In this document: positions 50,133 through 63,186 of the stretch, in pieces
How positions within the stretch are numbered: the stretch's first letter is position 1
How the letters are laid out: each line of letters opens with the position of its first letter
DNA from: Lama guanicoe
Taxonomy: Eukaryota
NCBI GenBank assembly: GCA_013239625.1
Contig: MU055744.1
Span: 588,355 to 652,354 of the forward strand
DNA length: 64,000 nt
Direction of reading: 5' to 3'
The notes under the pieces: generated by a model
What the model was told of the DNA's origin: nothing
What the model saw: the letters and a program-made list of their open reading frames with translations, nothing else
The model's database searches: none
Position numbers and translations under genes: made by a program

Positions 50133-53100
50133 GACTGGCTGCCTTGCCCTCGGGGGCTGTTCCTGCTCCAGAACTTCAGAACTCTGCAGCGCTGGTGCTC
50201 CAAAGGCAGTCCCTGGGCCAGGGCACAGGAATTCGGCTCCCAGTTCTGCTGGCCCCGCAGCAGACAGAAGAGGGATGTTCAGTGAGCGCCTGTGCGATGT
50301 GCCGGGCGCCGGTCTGGGCCTGTGACGCGGGGGGACAGAGAAGGTGGTCCCAAGACGCTCGGAAGCTGCTCTATTGAGAGAAGACAGACAATGATCAGAT
50401 GAGCGATGGCACGGCCCCAACAGAACGTGAGGTTTGATGTAACTTGAGACAGGAAGTGGAAGCAGAGTTACCACTGGCGGTCACTCACACTGACGCAGGT
50501 ACAGCCTGAGACCCCGCGACCTCGTACACGGTGGTGGTAACTGTCCACCCCGGCCGCTCCCGCCGGCACCTCCCCGCCCAGCAGGGCCTCCGGGGCCCCA
50601 TGCCTGTGGCGTGTGTCTGTTACCTTCAGACAGGCTGCGGTCCTGAGGGGACCCTCGTCCCAGCCCCTGGGGTGGGGGCGGGGGAAGAGTGCGGAGGGCC
50701 CCGTGGGGGTGCATCGGGCTGGGGTGAGGCGCCCCGCTCGCCCCCGCCATCCGCCAGCCCGCGGCCTGGGCCGTCCACCCGCCAGGGTCACTGGGAACCA
50801 GCCTGGTTGTGGGACCAGGGAGCTCCTGCAGGCGCTGCTGAGAACGCAGGACCCCGGACTGAGGCTCCGGAAAGCGCCTGCGTCATGGCTCCTGTTGGTT
50901 TGAGTGTTTTTCGTTCTTTCCTTCCAACCTGCTTGTTCCAACGTGGTGTCTCCCACCAGCTGCACGTCCTGACTCCTGCATCCTCACCCCCGCTGCCTGG
51001 CTCCGCCGATCGCGTGCAGTGTGACGGCTGGCGCGGCTGTGCTGGGTCTCCCATCGCGCTGTTTGGTTTATATCCTCCCTCTGTTCCCTCTTGCTATATG
51101 TCCTCGGCCCCGTGAAGCCTCTGATGGCAGCCGTCTGCAGGGACCCCACCCCTCTCCACGAGTCTGTGCCCCCTCACCGTGGCCTGTGGGTGCCCGATGG
51201 GCAGTGGGGCTGGGGGACAAGCAGCCAACACCCCACAGCCCCACTCCCATGTGCACGAGGGTCTCCCCCACATGGTGGGCCCCCGAGGGCAGGGGCTGCA
51301 TCCCCTCCGTGTTCACATCCCTGTAGCATTTGCCGTGGCCAAGGTGGGGGCTGGATCGAGCTGGCCCGATGCTATGCCCCTACCCCTGCTGCCTTGGCTG
51401 CAGCCGTGGAAAATGAGGCTCCTTCTGCCAAGCCATGGCCCCTCCCCAATCATCTTTCTTTCTCATCTTCCGGATGTCAGAGAACCAGCTCCAGCGTCCA
51501 GCCTTCAAGGGCAAAGGGCCCGTTCTACTGACAAGCATTCCCATCTTTTGGCAGGCAGGCAGACAGACAGACTGACTGGCATCACAGAGTCATGCCTGAG
51601 GAATTCCAAAGGCGTCTCCTGTGCATCCCTGAATTCCGCCCTCCGGTCTGAGGCTCGGCCACACCTCCTCCCGCACACTCCAGCCCATCCTGGGCCAACC
51701 GCCCCTCCGCCTATGGGTCTGTCACCTCTGGGTGGTTCCCAGCGTACTGGCTGGGAGTCCAGTCCCTGCCAGTGGACCTGAGCTCATTGTGAAAAGGGTG
51801 TCCTCCTATCCCTTTGTCCGCTCACTGGCCGGCCCAGGGCTGCGCCCCTCGCGGGGGCTGGGCCCTTGGCAGTTGCTCCCCGAGTCACATCAGAGGGGCC
51901 GTGCCCAGGGTCCTGAGATCGCTTGTCCAGCACACAGCGGGTGCACAGGTGTGGCTGGTGCCGGGAAGCGAGCTGCCATGCAGCTGGGTGCTGACGCTCC
52001 TGCACAGAAGGCCCCTCGGGCCTGGTCACATCTGGCCCCCCGGCCTGGGTGTGACAGATGAAGAAACCAGGCAGCTGGACATCTCCCCGCCGCCCTGTCT
52101 GCAGCCTGCGGGGCTAACGCGTGCCTGAGGAGCACACCCAGGGTTTGCATTCAGGTCCCATAAACACGCATCTCGTGGAATCTTCCCCCGGTTGAGCCTC
52201 CGGCTGAGACTCAGTCACAGGCGCGGGTCCCGGCCCGCCGTTTGTTAGCAGTCCGGAGGTGCAGGCCGAGCCAGCTGTGCCCAGGCTGCTGCCCCGCGGA
52301 AGGGTGAGAGGACACGGGGCGCTGCCTCCCTCTGCGTTTAGGCGGAGTTTGTTACGGGGCCACACACAGCACAAACGCTGAACGTGGCATCCTCGCTTGG
52401 TCTGTCTCCCGTAATTAGGGTCTTTTAAACAGCCCGGCCCACCGAGGCCTCCCCGTCTAGGAGTTTCGAACCTGAGAAAGTCCAAGGCGCAGCAAGTCCT
52501 CGTGCTGCCGAGCACGTCGCCCCCAGCACACGCCTGGGACGGGCTCTCCCGAGTCTGCGGGAGAGCCGTTTGTCAGCTGCGGGGGGAGCGGTGGGAGGCA
52601 GAATATTTTGTGCTTGTGGGTCTGTTGAAGGATTTGCTCCTGGGGGTTACCGGAAAGGATGTTGTCCTGGCTGGGGCTCCCGGTGCGTCCTGCCGGCCCC
52701 TCCACCCAGACCACATCTTGGGGGACGTCCAGACGAATGTCCTCCAGCTCCAGGTCGGCCTGCCTCCCTCCTACGTGCGCCCTGGGCGCTGGTGGGCTGT
52801 GCACTCGGAGTCCTGACCCGTCGCCAGGCCTGCTTTTCCCTTGCTCCCATTTCCACTCCACCGCGTTTTTGAGTCAACACAGCTAAATCATACCCACCTG
52901 TGGTGCTTGTCGCCCCGCTTTGGGTGTCGGTGCCTGGCAAAGGGCAGGCCCTCGATAAGCTGCCATCGAATGAATGAATGCGCAGTGGCAGAACCTTCAG
53001 GGGTGGGGAGGGGCGGTCGGGGCAAGGGAGGCGGGTGGGGGAGCGCGCTTCCTGCAGGAGTCCTCCCCCGAGGGAAGGCTCCCTGAGCTGCCACTGCCCC

Positions 53101-55868
53101 CTCCTCCCTCCTTACCCGGAGGAGGGCGGGGGTCCCCCCGCAGGAGGAGATGAGCTGGCTCTCCCAGGCTCAGGCCCTGCCCAGCCGCCAGCCTATCCTG
53201 GACCAAGAAGTCAGTACGATCCCAGCCCCCCTGGGCCCCAACCAGGCAGGTTGGTGGAGACGGGCAGGTGTCTCCACGCCCACTCGCCACCCAAATGGAG
53301 GCGCTGCCCGAGGCAGGCTGCCGTCACGCTCAGCTCTTGGAGGTCAGGAGCCCTGGCAGATGTGGAAAGACGTTCGCCCTGACCCCTGGCGCGAGGGGCC
53401 GCAGCTCTGCAGCAAAGCCCCCTGCCCAGGCCCAGCGGGTGTACTCGCCCTTGCCCTCCATCCTTCCTCCCTCTCCGAGGACGCCCTAGGGCACGGGGCA
53501 GCAGCGCTGAGACGCGGGGCACAGAAGTGTCTCTTCCAACACGGGAAGCTTGAATCAATTCCGGCTCCAGACAGTGAACAACGACCTGCTTTCCTTTTTG
53601 TGGGGACAGATATTTTGCCTCATTCAGCAAAGACTAACGCAGCCCCTGGGGATGCTGAAGAGCAGGCGGCCGGCCAGGACCCAGCTCCTGCCGGGGCCCC
53701 GCGGCCCATCCCTCCAGGGCTCCCGAGGCAGGTGCCGGGCACTGAGGCTGCTCAGCCCCTTTGCAGTCGAGACCCAGGCCGGTACCATCATTTCCATTGC
53801 CCCCACCTCTCCCAGTTCGGGAAGCAAAGGCCGGTGTCATGACTCAGCCCGCATCTCCAGAAGACCCAGCCCAGTGTGGGCGGCCACGGGTGCTCGGCGA
53901 GCTCCTGCGGGTGAATTGCTGGGGACGTGATGGTGGGTGCAGGGGAGGGGCCCTGTGCTGGGAGAGCGGTACCCGCGTGGTCCGGCTTCGCTGCTCCCAC
54001 CCCCAGGGATGCGCCCGTGGGAGCGCTCTCTGAGTCCAGGCTCCGGGCTGCACCAGCACCCGCGCGCTCTCATCCTCCAGCCCCGCCACGGGCAGGAGCT
54101 TCCATAGCTAGGTTTCCAGGGTCAGGGAAGAGGCGCAGAGAAGCAGGGGCTCTGTCGGCCTCGCCCCAGAGGGGTCTCACACAGGACCCGACGGTCTCAA
54201 TTGCTACCCTCCTCCCTCTCCTCTTCCCAGGCTCAGCCCCTCACCTTTGAGGTTCACCTGCCTCCAGTGAGGGGAGGCGGCCCCTGGCCTTCCCGGGTGT
54301 CCCTCACCCAGACTGTGGGGCACCGGAGGGCCCGTGCGGCCCCGGCGGCCTGGGAGTCACTGTAAGTCTCGGTGGCCGACTCAGGCCAGGCTGGTGGCTC
54401 CGAGTAGGACTCCTCCCTCCTGCAGGCGAGCAGCTCCAGCCGGCCCCCAGGGCCAGCGCCTGGCCCGTGGCTCCCACCCTCCCCGCGGGCCCCGTCTTGG
54501 CTTCCCTGCGGCAGCTGCAGACCTGGCCGGCTTGGCGGGAGGGCCAGCTGTTTCCGGAGCCACCTGTGGGTGCTGTGACGGCGCCGAGGCTTCCACCGCA
54601 GACGCGCTGCTCCCGCCTGTGATGGACGCGCTTACTCGGCGTTGGTCCCGCAAAGCGTTTCTCAGTTTCGTCTTTAGCGTCTCAGTGGCTGCTGAGAAAG
54701 TTGTCTTTTCCGGCTCTGAAAATCCTCGAGTCTGCGCGTCCTGCATCCTTTCAAGACAAGCGCGGGCGAGCGCGCCCAGCCTGCGGCACCGGCCTCGTTG
54801 CGACCTCTCCCCAGGTCACACGCTGTGACTGCCCGCAAGCCCTCGCCGGCAGCAGACAGCAATCTGACCACGTGGGTTCTGTCCCTGGAGACAGGGAGCC
54901 TTCCGCCCGCTGAGCACAGTCCCTGCCTCCACACCCGACAGCAGGACCCGCCAACTCGCGCTGCTGCTGTGAAGGGAATTCCCCACTCTGGCTTCCCGTT
55001 CCTGTTACTCCAGGGCTGTGCAGGCCAGTGGATCCCCAACCCAGGTGAGCGCCGGAATCACCCAGCGGCCTTGTCAGCACACAGATAACGCGGCCTCTTG
55101 CGAAGTGTCTGGTGCAGAAGGCCTGCCTCCGGGCCCTGGGAGGCTGCGCTGCTAGCAAGGAGACGACGCGGCTGCCGCTGGCCCCCGGACCGTGCTTTGA
55201 GAGCCATGGAGTCTAGGTGTTGCTGCAGCAACAACAGTCCCCACTGTCAGGGGCTGAACATGACAATGTGTGTCTGGCTCCTGCTGCAAGCGCACGGCAG
55301 GTTGGCCGGGGACAGCTCCCTCTGGGAACCTGCCGGGGAGGCTCATGGCTGGTGACAAGAGAGGGAACCACTACATCAGACTTGCCGGCGCTTCTGCTCA
55401 GGGTCAGTGGCCAGGACGAGCCACGCACCCCACTCTGGCCCCGGGGGCTGGGCAGTATGACCCCACTATGAAGCTGGACAGCAGAGTGGGGGACGCGGGG
55501 ACCTGCGGCCGGCCCCAGGACGCCGACTGCCCAGGGCGAGGTGCGCCCCACACACCCCGGAGGTCTGGATGCTCAAGGCTGTGGAAACGCCCCCAGGAAG
55601 CCTGGAGGCCTGGTGCTTGACCACATCCCGAGGGCGCCCCAGGGAACAGCTCTGTCCGCGGGAGGCCCACTGCCCCCTCCTCCGAGGAAGAGCTCCCGCG
55701 GCCTGGGCAGGGCCGCCTTTCCTCTTCCTGTGACCATTGCCAGGACCTGAGAGTTTTCCTACTGTCGCTGAGCCTGGGGCCACATGTCAGTCTGAGCAGG
55801 GGAAGGCCTTGGCCACACTTAAGAAGACAGCCAATCACATCTGTTGACGGTGGAAACAGGAGACTGGA

Positions 55869-55874
55869 TTTATT
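55869..55874 (-). terminator. Distal poly(A) signal AATAAA of COL5A1
   Basis: + strand tttatt at the end of the AT-rich UTR block. Confidence 0.75.
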
Positions 55875-56159
55875 GAAAAGCAGTGACAATTATTCCTCTG
55901 TTACAAAGCTTTAAAATCTCGTAAGAACACCCTTCCCGGGCGTTACAGTTAAAACGTGTGAACACGTCTGCTGGAGTTTCCGGGGACGCACGGCGTGTCA
56001 CCTGACATTCTGTTCTGAAGGGCCTAGTGTCTTAAATCTTCCCCGTGGGCTTTCTTTTTACTGTCTGCTTTTACTTTTTGTCCACGTGTCCGATTATATA
56101 GATTAAGGGGGAAAAAATAAAATTACGCCAAAAGGATTTCTGCAAATATAAGAAGCAAT

Positions 56160-56165
56160 TTTATT
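56160..56165 (-). terminator. Intermediate poly(A) signal AATAAA of COL5A1
   Basis: + strand tttatt; U-rich sequence follows on the minus strand. Confidence 0.6.
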
Positions 56166-56969
56166 GCAATACACAATAGCCAAGTGTTCTGGGGAGAATG
56201 GGACACATTTTGACTTCAGTACAAATCACAACGGCTTCAAAGGGACCAACGGAAGGAAAAGATGGACAGAACAAAAGGAGAACTCGGGCGGGACGAGAAA
56301 CCAGAACGGAATCACATGACCTAGACAGAGCCCGCAGGCCGCGGGCGGCACCGCTCTGATATGGCTTTTCTTTTGAAGGGATGAGGGAGAAGGCCGTCGG
56401 CAGACGCTGGCGTCCAGGATCTGGGAGAACCTCGAAGCCAGACTTCTCTTCGGCGAGAGCGAGCCTGGGTCTCCGGCCCTCGGGGAGGCCTCGCGGGCGG
56501 TGCTCCCTTGCTCCCGGGGTGCTTTGCTGGGGCTTCCCAGGCTGGAGCCACGTTCCGACGGGGCAGGGCGGGCGAGGGCAGCACCGGAACCGGGACCGTC
56601 ACGGCTCCTCCCGAGGGCCTGTCTGGCTTCTCCCGTCATGGAAGGAAAGGGCATTGCACGAGGGCAGCTTTTCACAGTAAAGGGATCGCCTTTCCTCGCC
56701 GGCCTGCAGGTCCCGGTCCTTGCTCCAGGAGGAGGGGGCAGGACGGGCCGGCCAGCCCCGAGCTTCCTCGCAGCTGAGACCTGCGCCTGGGGACATTTGC
56801 AGATGGAAAACTCCAAATTGCTTTGGTGGGGACGAGGCACCGCTGGCAGCCCCGGAGGGACTCAGAGTTCATTGCACATTTGTCTGTCTGCCGAGACGCC
56901 GACGGCACGGCAGCCCAGCTGAGACGCCCCATGCAGCTTCAATTCAGTTCTCGGAACAAACACAGATAT

Positions 56970-57285
56970 TAGCACCACAAACGTTCGTCACACGCGGACC
57001 ACACGGAGAGCGTCTGTGGGGCGCGTGCGTGTGTGTTGTCAAATCACAGAAGCGCAGCCTGATCCTGGGCCTGGGCCCGGGGCAGCGTCACCGCTACCGG
57101 GGAGGACAGCGAGCGGACCTGCGTCCTTCTCAGCAGCCTTGGCAAAACCCCGGGTGGTGGGGGCGAGAGCCAGGAGCGGGGAAGACAGGAGAACGGGGCA
57201 CGGCTCGGCCAGGTGCCCCCCGTGCCGCCTTCAAGGAGATCTCAACAGATAGCACCACAAAAGAGGAGCGTAAAAATCAGCACCA
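56970..57285 (-). promoter_or_regulatory. miR-29 seed-site cluster in the COL5A1 3'UTR
   Basis: TGGTGCTA 8-mers at 56970-56977 and 57250-57257, and a TGGTGCT 7-mer at 57279-57285. miR-29 is an established repressor of collagen mRNAs. Confidence 0.8.
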
Positions 57286-57733
57286 ATTATCGTTAAGTCA
57301 TCGTCTGCAGGAAATGGGGTCTCCCTGCCCTGGCTCTGCAGGAAGGAAAATGGAACAAGGAAGCAGTTGCAATGAATTTAAGTCTGTGTTTTCCTCTAAG
57401 CGTACGTGGGAAAGGCAATGTATAGGATCCTTTTTTTCCTCCCCTTTAAAACAAAAATCCAGAGCTAATCAAAAATGTGTCTGAAAGGGCACTGGCGCCT
57501 GCCTTTTCAGGGCTGGGGTGAGTCCCTGCTGCCCTGGCAAACTTCCCGTTTATGCCCCACCCCCGAGCAGACGGGCTGTGCACTGCATCCCAGAGTGGAC
57601 GCCCCGCCTGCTTGTCCAATTCTCCCAGTGGGACTGCAGCTGGGTTCCCGTGCGTGATTGAAAGTCAGGGACACTGAACGTTAGGACAATACAATACAAA
57701 TATTTACTTAAAACTCACAAAAACAAAAGCACC

Positions 57734-57739
57734 TTTAAT
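57734..57739 (-). terminator. Proximal poly(A) signal ATTAAA of COL5A1
   Basis: Minus strand gattaaaggtgcttttgtttttgtgagtttt: variant hexamer followed by a GU/U-rich tract, ~510 nt after the stop. Confidence 0.55.
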
Positions 57740-58245
57740 CCATCGGAAAGGCACGTGCGGAATGACATTTGGCCCGTGAATGGATCTTGTTAAGACGGAG
57801 GCTCTGGAGGGCGGGGTGACCTTTGCAAGGCCGGCCTCGGACGACTTTTGAAGGTCAGGGGAAACGCACATCTTCAAGTTGAATTAAAAAAAAAAAACGC
57901 CGTGATCTCCAAACACTGCAGCCCCTCCCGCACCCCGTGGGCTCTCCGGGAAGAGATCCCGGGCCGGGGCAGGACGCATGGCCGTCCCCTTCCCCGGGGA
58001 GCACAGCGCAGAGGGAAGGGCCGGAGGAAGCAGCGGCGGCTGTGGGACGTCTAGGTCATGTGATTCGGCTCCGGGGTGGGGACGCGGCTCTTTCCCTTTG
58101 CTCTCTCTGGGCGAGGGGCGGGCCCGGCGCGAGGCCGGGCGCAGACGAGGTCGGGGGTGGGGGGGACGAGGGGCCTTCACTGTCCAGGACACCCACAGGC
58201 GGCGCACTGAGGTCACGAGGTTGCTCTGGGGGCGGGCTCCCGCTC

Positions 58246-58416
<171 letters not shown>

Positions 58417-60024
58417 TCAGCTGGGGCTCAGGGTTAACGGACCGCCCGTCACACCCACCCTGGCCCCGAGAGCCCACCCCGGCACGGGGGGCCACGGGGC
58501 GGCGGGCTCGCCCTGTCCTTGATGGCACGGGGAGCAGGCAGCTCGCCCCAAGACACACCGTCTGAGCCCCCGCAGTCCGGGAGGGGTGTGGGCAGGCTAG
58601 GCAACGCGCCCCCGCCAGCTGGGCCCCCCCCCACTGCTCCACAGGGATCTGCCCCCGGAACCAGGGGTTCCGGGTCCAAAAGGGAAGAACTCCAAGACAG
58701 CGGGAACAATGGCTGGCCCTCCCGGGGCGCCCGCAGGCTGGGCCGCACTTGGAAGAGAGGACTCCAAGTTCACAGGCTCACCCACCACAGAGGGGCGCAG
58801 GGCGGACTGAGGCCGGGGAACGGGGGGCTCGGGGGAGGAGCGCCTGCTGGAAGAAGTCGGCACCCCACACTGCCCAGCCCGCTTAGCCCCTGGAGCATCC
58901 GAGTTCACGGGCAGCGCAACCTGGGAGCGACATGAGCCTCAGCTTCTGACTGGGAGCGTCGGCCCCAGGAGCGGCGACCCCTCCCATGCCGGCCTGTCTC
59001 CCAGCGTCAGGGAGCGCGGGTGCAAGGCGATGCTGCTCGGAGGGCCACCCACACTCACCGAGCTGGTGGGGTGGTTTCTCTGCGATTGATGGGGGCCCAG
59101 TCACCCGAGCGCTTACAGGGCCCGTGTGTGAGCAGGCGGCCAGCGCGCAGCTGCCCCAGGCCCCCCTTATTCCTGGGGCATGAGTAACCACCACAGGCCG
59201 CAACGGCCCCCCGGGGGTTTCTGTGGTGTGGCTCCTCCGGCCTCCTGCCCGGTGATCTGTGCCTCCCCACAGGGCCTGTCCCCGCGGCAGCCCGTCCATC
59301 ACGCGACACAGCCCCCACCCCCACCCCGGCGGCGTCCTAATCCCAACCCTTGGCGCTTGTTAGCGTGAACCAGGCCGGCCTCCGGGCAGGCGGGCCTCCC
59401 TGCCACCAGCATGCGGAGAGGGCGCCGGCCTCCTGCACGATCGCCTGGGAGCGGCAGGGCTTTTCCAGCTGTGGCTGAACTTTTGGGGGTGGGGTTGGGG
59501 CGAGCAGAACACTGGCCACTCCAGGCTGTTCCCCGGAAGCGCCCCGAGGCCGCCTCCGTGCTGCCTGGCCGAGCCCCCCTCCCCGCACCCCCCGCTGGTC
59601 CCGTTCCCGCCATCAGCGGGCTTTGGAGTCACTACTGCTCCACCTTCTCCAAGACAGACTCTTTTCTCTCCAGAAGTGAAAGTGTTCTGAGGAGGGAGCG
59701 GTCCTCCCCTGGGCCGAGGGCCAAGTCTGGATGTTCCATGATGACTGGCCTTGTCCTGCATCGGAGATGCCCAGAGGACCAGCACAGAGCTCAGAAAGGA
59801 CCACCAGGACCCCGCGCTGGGGCAGCTAACTGGATCTGCCTTGTCAGTTTTCTATAAGAAGCTTGTGGCCAGGGTCTCATGTGCACCTCAGCCCTGGGGG
59901 CCCCTGGGCAGCAGGGCTGGCTTCTCCAGATAAAGCAGTGGAGATGAAGGAGCCAGGCACTTCCGGCCCTCGGAGCTTCCCCCAAATCTTTGACTGTCCT
60001 TCCTGCAGAATGGCCGCTCCCCGT

Positions 60025-60165
60025 CAGGGGCAACCTGGCCCCTGGGGCTGCGTGTGGCAATGTCTGGAGGAACTTCTGGTTGTCACAACTGAGCAGGTGG
60101 AAGATCCAGCAGGCCAAGTCCAGGAATTCTGCTCAGCGTCCTATAGCGCAGGGGATCCCTCATAC
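60025..60165 (+). mobile_element. MER20-like DNA transposon remnant in the last COL5A1 intron
   Basis: tggcaatgtctggaggaacttctggttgtcacaactg...gctcagcgtcctatagcgcagggga. Confidence 0.65.
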
Positions 60166-61858
60166 CCCTGCCACACACACAGGGGTCACCTGGCCTGCAA
60201 GGCTGAGAAACTGCCGTCTGGAACCAGGCTTCCTCTGTGTGACTTCAGGGAGCAGAATAGGGACGTACCGGTGGAAATGATGGACAGGCAGAGTCTGGCT
60301 CAGTTCTCAGGAGAGCTTCCTAACACCGAGAATTCACAACCAGGGCCTGGGTGGCCAGTGGAGGTAGTGAGCTCCCCGTAGAGGGAGGCAGTCAAGGTGC
60401 AGCTGTGCCAGGAAGGGACTATGGTGGGAAGAATGCTGCAGCGAGGTTAGGAGAGACTCAGCTCTGCCACAGCCTGACGACCCTGGCAGGTCACTGCATC
60501 CACAAAATAAAGCGAAGACCCTGATCAGTGGTTCTCACCCAGGAGTGGGCAGGGCTCTTAGTGGCGTTTGGTGCATGGAGGCTGGTGACGTCCTGAAAGG
60601 CCCAACCAGTGGGCCGTGGCCCCTGATACTGTCAGTATCCCCACGTCACCAGGAGACGCTGGGCCAGAGGGAGAGGACTTTGGTCCAAGCTGGACCTTGT
60701 TGGGAACTTCGCAGAACCAGGAGGTCAGGTTCTGAGTCAGACAGCATTGCTGGAAATTTCTGGGCAAGGGACTCCCAAGAGAGAGGAATGGGGGCCCCCA
60801 GATCTTCCCAGGAAGCTCTAAGGAGTGGGGAGCCCATCGTGCTGTGCGCTAGGATTGACACAATATGGCAAACTGACTAGACTTCAACTGAAAAAGACTA
60901 GAGGAGGCTTTCTGAGCTGGATTAGGAAGCCGGGGCGGCCTGCCCTCTCACCCCAGAGGGTCCTTCATAAGATGCATTTTTCCAGCCTTCTCTTCCAGGG
61001 AAGGGTCCCCTCTTCTGGAAAACCAACCTGCCCCTTTACCAGATGCTGTGTCCTGGGCCAACCAGAGTGTTTCCCTTTCTGCCGTGGACACCAGGAAGCT
61101 CAAAGCCCCAGTCCAGGCTCCGTCCCCCAGGGCCAGCCTCTCCTCCACGAGAGGCGCCATTTCTCTTCAGCCTCCACTTTGACTGCCTCTGCTAGTGAGC
61201 CCGTCTCTAAACACAGTCACAGGAACGGGGGCTCTTCTAGGGCTCGTGGCAGCAAGGACGGCTGTGAGCTCCTTTTAGGCACGCTCCTCCCGGAACAGCC
61301 CTGGAAGCAGGCGCTATGATCATGTTCCTTTGCAGGAGGCAGGCACGGAGGGACAGTTTCATGTGGTGCCCTGCGACCTTCTGGAAGCAGCCCGGGGTTC
61401 GCGTCAGGAGCGTGAACAGACGCTGGACGGCTGGAGCTCCGGGTGCCCCTGGACCCCTTTCCCCAGGAAGTGCATCGTTCTGACCGTGCGCAGGGACAAG
61501 GTCTGCACGTGGCACCACCACGTCCGAAGGACTGACCCACTCCAGGCCCGGGGCCGGGGAGCAGGGAGGGAGGCTGAGCTTTCAAGAAAGCCGTTCTGCT
61601 GGGTGCCCTGGCCTCATGCTTGTCTCGTGCACACGCACCTCTAACCCCAAGGACGCCTTGAGGGGCTGTAACTAGATCCTTAGGGGGAAAAGGGCTGCGA
61701 AGTCCAGCCTGGCCCCAGGGGCCATCCACGGAGAAGGCGAGCGTGAACCTGGTCCAGCCGAGTCCTGCTCAGCGGCGACGCCGCGGCCCCACCCTCCTGC
61801 TGCCCCGCCTGACCGAGCCCGCTTCGCGGAACCGCCCCGCCGCGGGGCTTTGCCATCA

Positions 61859-62233
<375 letters not shown>

Positions 62234-63054
62234 TCAGGGCACAGGGAGGGGCACTCAGCAGTGACGGGACGCACCTGCCGCAGCGGCAAGGCCCCTCGTC
62301 CTCACTGCCCGGGCTCCGTGCACTTTGGTCATGCACTGTGGCCCCTGGACGGTCAGCCTTGCCAAGGGCAATGCCTGCAAATGTGTGGCAAGCCCAGGCC
62401 CCCAGGCCAGCCCGCGCTGGCTCTCTCGGGAGTTCCCTGGGACAGAGTGAACCACGCCTCATTTCTTTCAGGGACCTAAATAACCCTCCCACTCCTCTCT
62501 GCCTGGCTGGTCTCCACTCACCCTCCAGGGCTCAGCTCATGTGCTTCCTACTCCAGGAAGCCTGCCAGGGTTAGGTGCCCTCCTCAACCTTGGCCTGGCT
62601 CAGGGTCCACCTTTCCTACCAGCTAACGCCCTTCACAGCGGCACTGGCCTCCTGACTTGGAGGCCCCTGGTGAGCCTGGACCGGGCGCCTGGGGGAAGGG
62701 CCTGGCAGTACATCCCTGTCGCTGGGCCCCAAGGCCGGCCGAAGCAAGGAGCTCCTTAGGTCACACTAGTAAATGAAAGCCATTGGCTGAGCATCCGTGA
62801 TGCACAAGGACCTGGCTAGGGCCGTGAGAACTGGAGACAGAAAGGGCAGGAGGCCTCAGGGAGCAACAGGCCAGCTGGGCGTGAGGCAGGGGTGCTTGGC
62901 CTGCAGCGAGGAAGGCCAGCCTGTGAGAGGGTCACAGGCCACATGGCCAAGAGCCAGAGGACTGGGGGGAGTGGGCACCCTCCCGGAGGCACAGGGGAGA
63001 GGCCACCCCTGCCCTTCCTGGGCGAGGACTCGAGGTGGGAGCAGAGCAGGCCTT

Positions 63055-63186
63055 CCTGGGGCCTGGGGCCTGGGGTGGTCAGCCTGGGGCCTGGGGCCAA
63101 GGGCCTGGGGTGGTCAACCTGGGGCAGTCGGCCTGGGGCCTGGGGTGGTCAGCCTGGGGCCTGGGGCCTCGGGTGGTCAGCCTGGC
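63055..63186 (+). repeat. G-run minisatellite built from CCTGGGG/TGGTCAG 7-mers in a COL5A1 intron
   Basis: gcctggggcctggggtggtcagcctggggcctgggg repeated. Confidence 0.85.

Larger units (their letters stand above)
55850..58245 (-). other. COL5A1: COL5A1 3'UTR (~2.4 kb; 3' end approximate)
   Basis: Runs from the TAG stop to the distal AATAAA (55869-55874). Contains AU-rich blocks and miR-29 seeds; length is similar to the recalled human UTR. Confidence 0.85.

Noticed and set aside
47200-55800. 5' exons (leader and collagen domain) of the FCN2-type gene
   Set aside because: Searched by eye for DTCP/EVKVVGLEGSDKL and Gly-X-Y tracts and found nothing convincing. The interval is largely LTR/transposon and unique GC-rich DNA; a sensitive alignment could still find remnants.
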